DNA of 39,716 nucleotides from Polyangiales bacterium (GTDB taxonomy: Bacteria; Myxococcota_A; Polyangia; Polyangiales; Houyiibacteriaceae). The translations under genes were made by a program, and so were the position numbers. This document shows, one piece after another, positions 36,751-39,716 of this stretch (position 1 is its first letter; every line of letters begins with the position of its first letter). The DNA is taken from NCBI GenBank assembly GCA_045106895.1, contig JBGCFM010000248.1:1-39716 (forward strand), in the 5' to 3' direction. The notes below the pieces were generated by a model. The model did not search any database and was not told where the DNA came from. It saw only the letters and a program-made list of their open reading frames with translations.

Positions 36751-38226
36751 ATGGACCGGACCGCGACCGCCCTCCGCGCCCCTCTTCCACTAAATCTCGC
36801 TCGTGATATAGCAAGGCATGCTCAAGAACCCTGTCTCTTTGTGGTGCTTGCTCTTGTTGCGTGCGGCGATGACTCCACGTCAGACGCTGGCGCAGACGTT
36901 GGGGGCCCGGATGCTCCTCTGCTGGATGCACCGGAACTAGACGCGCCGGATGTAGGTGCACACGACGTCGGCGCAGTCGACGCCACCACGGACGCAGGCC
37001 CCAACATGGACGCTGCAGCAGACACCGGAACCGACGCTGGACCAAGCCTACCGGGAACCTCCGTGGCGTCCTACGGCTGCGCCTGCGACGGCGTAACAGA
37101 CGACACGGAGTGCCTCCTGGAAGCGCTCGCGGACTTCGACGCCTGGAACAACCGCACGCTCGAGTGGCCCGCAGACGCGACGTGCATCGCCGCGAACCTC
37201 ACTTGGGCGGCGCCCACCGGCGAGGAAAGCTCGCCCTTCATCCTCCGCGGCAACGGAGCTGTGCTGAAGGCCCCCGACGGGCATCCCGTTCGCGCGACGT
37301 CTCCTTGGGACCCGATCATGCGCGTCAACGGCGGTCAGTGGCTCGTGTTCGACGACCTCAACCTCGACGGCAACCGCGACACACGCGTTCCGGCGGAGAA
37401 CCCCTCCCACAGCATCCTCATCATGAGCAGCCGCGACGTGCTCATCGAGAGCATGGACTCCATCGACGCCGTCGCCGACGGCATCTACATAGCGTCCCGC
37501 AGCGCCGAAGACCTCGAGTCACGACCACAGCGCATCATCGTGCGTAACCCCATCGTGCGCCGGGCCTATCGCAACAACATCAGCATCATCAACTGCGTAG
37601 ACTGCGAAGTGAGCGGCGACGGCAACGGCACGGACTCCACGTGTCAGCTCACGGGCGCCCAAGGCACGCCGCCTCAGGCTGGCATCGACTTTGAACCCAA
37701 TCGCTCCAACGTCGCGCCGGCGATCCTCAACAACACCCTCGACGGCTGCTACATCTCCGGCAACTACGGCACGGGCATCTTGCTCCACAATGCCGGCGAG
37801 CCCCGAGGCATCACCGTCCGCAACAACACCGTGGAAGGCGAACGACGCACCTTCCGTGCGACCTGCGGAGCCGCCATGCACTTGGCCTCGAACGACGTGC
37901 TCATCGAGGACAACGTGTTTCAGAACTACGACATCGATCCGGAGTGCCGCGCCATGTTCGACTGGGGCGCCCTAAGCGAGACGCCATCCACAACGGTCTT
38001 CCGCAACAACCGCATCGAGAACGTTCGCTTTGAGAGCGGTTCGACGCACCTCTTCCGCATTCATCCCGTCAACCAAGGTGGGCATACCATCACGGGAAAC
38101 ACGCTCGTGAACGTCGGCACGGACGAAGGCGGCGACTGGTGCCTCGACGGATCCGGCGACGCGAGCCTCTTTGAAGACAACACCATCGACGGGGTACTTC
38201 AGTCGCCGAATCCAGGCTGTCCGTAG
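36751..38226 (+). CDS. Right-handed parallel beta-helix lipoprotein (polysaccharide lyase/hydrolase-like)
   Basis: Lipobox LVAC, DA/DAP linker, YGCACDGVTDDT (pectate-lyase-3-like), LDGNR, DGIYI, RNNISI, GIDFEPN, PbH1-like repeats. True start uncertain. Confidence 0.8.
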   Translation: MDRTATALRAPLPLNLARDIARHAQEPCLFVVLALVACGDDSTSDAGADVGGPDAPLLDAPELDAPDVGAHDVGAVDATTDAGPNMDAAADTGTDAGPSLPGTSVASYGCACDGVTDDTECLLEALADFDAWNNRTLEWPADATCIAANLTWAAPTGEESSPFILRGNGAVLKAPDGHPVRATSPWDPIMRVNGGQWLVFDDLNLDGNRDTRVPAENPSHSILIMSSRDVLIESMDSIDAVADGIYIASRSAEDLESRPQRIIVRNPIVRRAYRNNISIINCVDCEVSGDGNGTDSTCQLTGAQGTPPQAGIDFEPNRSNVAPAILNNTLDGCYISGNYGTGILLHNAGEPRGITVRNNTVEGERRTFRATCGAAMHLASNDVLIEDNVFQNYDIDPECRAMFDWGALSETPSTTVFRNNRIENVRFESGSTHLFRIHPVNQGGHTITGNTLVNVGTDEGGDWCLDGSGDASLFEDNTIDGVLQSPNPGCP

Positions 38227-38289
38227 GGGTTTCGTTTGAAAGAGCGGGCCAACGAGCCTCCAAGTGCTGACTCTTCATCACTGCATCCC

Positions 38290-38319
38290 TTGATTGCTCG
38301 TTTTTCACGTCGTTAGTAT
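38290..38319 (+). promoter_or_regulatory. Sigma70-type promoter TTGATT-N18-TAGTAT
   Basis: Near-consensus hexamers in an AT-richer intergenic region, 8 nt before GTG 38328. Confidence 0.55.
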
Positions 38320-38327
38320 CAGGAGAT

Positions 38328-38927
38328 GTGAGCACCGAACTGACACATTCGTCATCCGACTATCTCGAGAGCATCGAGGGCGGACTCGATGCATACGGGG
38401 AGTACCGCGTGAAGGCAGCCGTTCTTCGCGGAATGATCCAGGGCCACGATCGGGAAGCGCTGACAACGGCTCTGCCTATTCGCTTAAGACCGCTCACGGA
38501 TCCGTCTCTTCCCGCCACGATGTGGGTGCCCGAAGTGCACGCGACGGTGCTCTATCTGACCTGCCGCGACCTCTTCTTCGCCAGCGAGGATGCATTCGTG
38601 GCGGATGTTCTCCAGCGCAATCTCCGGCTGCTCGATGGCCGAATCTACCGAAACCTCGTCAGGTTGTTCGCTCCGCAACGCATCGCGAACGTGGGCCGTT
38701 CGGTGTTCAATACGCTCCTCCACGACGGACTGAAGGTCGTCTCCGTCGATGGCACTCCGCTTCTGTGGAAGTTGAGCTACCCAGACCACCTGGTTCCCAA
38801 AGTAATCGGGCGCTGCTACGGGACGGCCATCGTAGCCGCACTGAAGACCGCAGGTCACACCGCGACCAGTGAGCTTGTCCGCCATGGGCCGCGGGAAACC
38901 CTCATGCAAGTTCGTCTCGATCCCTAG
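38328..38927 (+). CDS. Myxobacterial DUF2378-like protein
   Basis: VK...WVPE...IYRNLVRLFAPQRI...AALKTAG pattern resembles this family; assignment by eye. Confidence 0.55.
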   Translation: MSTELTHSSSDYLESIEGGLDAYGEYRVKAAVLRGMIQGHDREALTTALPIRLRPLTDPSLPATMWVPEVHATVLYLTCRDLFFASEDAFVADVLQRNLRLLDGRIYRNLVRLFAPQRIANVGRSVFNTLLHDGLKVVSVDGTPLLWKLSYPDHLVPKVIGRCYGTAIVAALKTAGHTATSELVRHGPRETLMQVRLDP

Positions 38928-38933
38928 CGAGCC

Positions 38934-39017
38934 ATGCGAGATTGGAGAGTCATAGGCGTGTTCGCGACCGCCGCGCTCGTTCCACTCGTCGTCGTGTTTC
39001 GACAACGTCAGACATAA
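38934..39017 (+). CDS. Candidate 27-aa single-TM small protein
   Basis: MRDWRVIGVFATAALVPLVVVFRQRQT; starts 6 nt after the upstream stop; below the ORF-track cutoff. Confidence 0.3.
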   Translation: MRDWRVIGVFATAALVPLVVVFRQRQT

Positions 39018-39062
39018 CCAAACTCTAACAAACGCGAAGGAGACGCTTTGCTACACTGAGGT

Positions 39063-39509
39063 GTGCAAAACGCCCTCTCTTGTCTGATGCTCTTGAGTGC
39101 GTGTGCATCCGCCACGACAAGCACAAGTGAGCGACGCCCGGCGCCACCAACAACCGAGCCTGCGGCATCACGCGTCCGCTTCATGGACTCGAGCGGCCTT
39201 TTAGGCTGCGCGTGGGGCGCTAGCGATACCGTCATCGAGCAAGCGATGTCGCGGCTCGGTCCAGCCCTTTCGCGATGCGCCGATGACGCGGGCACGACAC
39301 AGGCAACTTGGACGCTCTGGGTCACCATCGCGGTGGATGGAGAGGTCGAGCGAGCCTCCGTTCCCGGCGCCGATCATTTCGCGGTCGATTCAGCGAGCCG
39401 CCCTTCTACGTGCGTGACGGACGCCCTCGAGGGGTTTGTCTTCGAGTCGGGGCCGCCCTCATGCGGCTCCGCGCTAATGCTGCGTTTTGAAGTCGCCGAG
39501 TCTCGCTAG
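39063..39509 (+). CDS. Lipoprotein with AgmX/PglI C-terminal (TonB-C-like) domain
   Basis: Lipobox LSAC; LSRC...VTIAVDGEVERASV...TCVTDALEGFVF; TG-n-TACACT 5 nt before the GTG. Confidence 0.6.
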   Translation: MQNALSCLMLLSACASATTSTSERRPAPPTTEPAASRVRFMDSSGLLGCAWGASDTVIEQAMSRLGPALSRCADDAGTTQATWTLWVTIAVDGEVERASVPGADHFAVDSASRPSTCVTDALEGFVFESGPPSCGSALMLRFEVAESR

Positions 39510-39647
39510 ACATTTCGAGGAAGAGCAACGCAGCCATCGGGCTGCAGGACAAGTCAGGTCCCCTCTACCTTTCTGAATCGCACTAGGCTTTGCTTCTCTT
39601 CCGTTTCGCCCGACGAGGCACTAGCATCGGGCCGGTCCATGGTTCCT

Positions 39648-39716
39648 ATGGAGAACATCACCTTCGACGAATCACGCCTGCCGCTGGTCGTGGTGACTTT
39701 TCGCGGGACCGCAACC
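39648..39716 (+). CDS. Partial CDS running off the window, probably STAS/SEC14-like
   Basis: MENITFDESRLPLVVVTFRGTAT; in-frame alternative ATG at 39639. Confidence 0.5.
   Translation, partial: MENITFDESRLPLVVVTFRGTAT

Noticed and set aside
1..39716. Prophage, integrative element or canonical defence island
   Set aside because: No integrase, transposase, phage structural, restriction-modification, Cas or toxin-antitoxin genes recognised, and no obvious compositional break.

Overview
GC-rich (roughly two-thirds G+C by eye), gene-dense bacterial window of about 38 protein-coding loci. The content is typical of Myxococcota, probably Polyangia/Sandaracinaceae-like: lipoproteins with DA/DAG linkers, a DUF1552+DUF1592 pair, a Hanks-type kinase, STAS/SEC14-like and DUF2378-like proteins. 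No rRNA, tRNA, CRISPR array, integrase or transposase was seen. Recognisable genes: a PARP-type zinc finger fused to DUF4132, a PL1 pectate lyase-like lipoprotein, a beta-helix lipoprotein, a Ser/Thr kinase, a REC/HD-GYP phosphodiesterase, WD40-like and YD-repeat proteins, a CPXCG protein coupled to an HTTM-like protein opposite a CPBP protease, a CHASE-PAS-PAS histidine kinase with two stand-alone receivers, a TPMT-like methyltransferase, an alpha/beta hydrolase facing an XRE/MmyB regulator across a palindromic operator, and a TVP38/VTT protein. Structure not shown by the ORF track: two tandem paralog pairs, one distant paralog pair 30 kb apart, three clear frameshifts (two +1 in or beside G runs, one exact CTAG duplication resembling an IS footprint), and a TANNNT -10 box 5-7 nt before many start codons, implying widespread leaderless mRNAs. 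All family calls are from motif recognition by eye; no database search was run.
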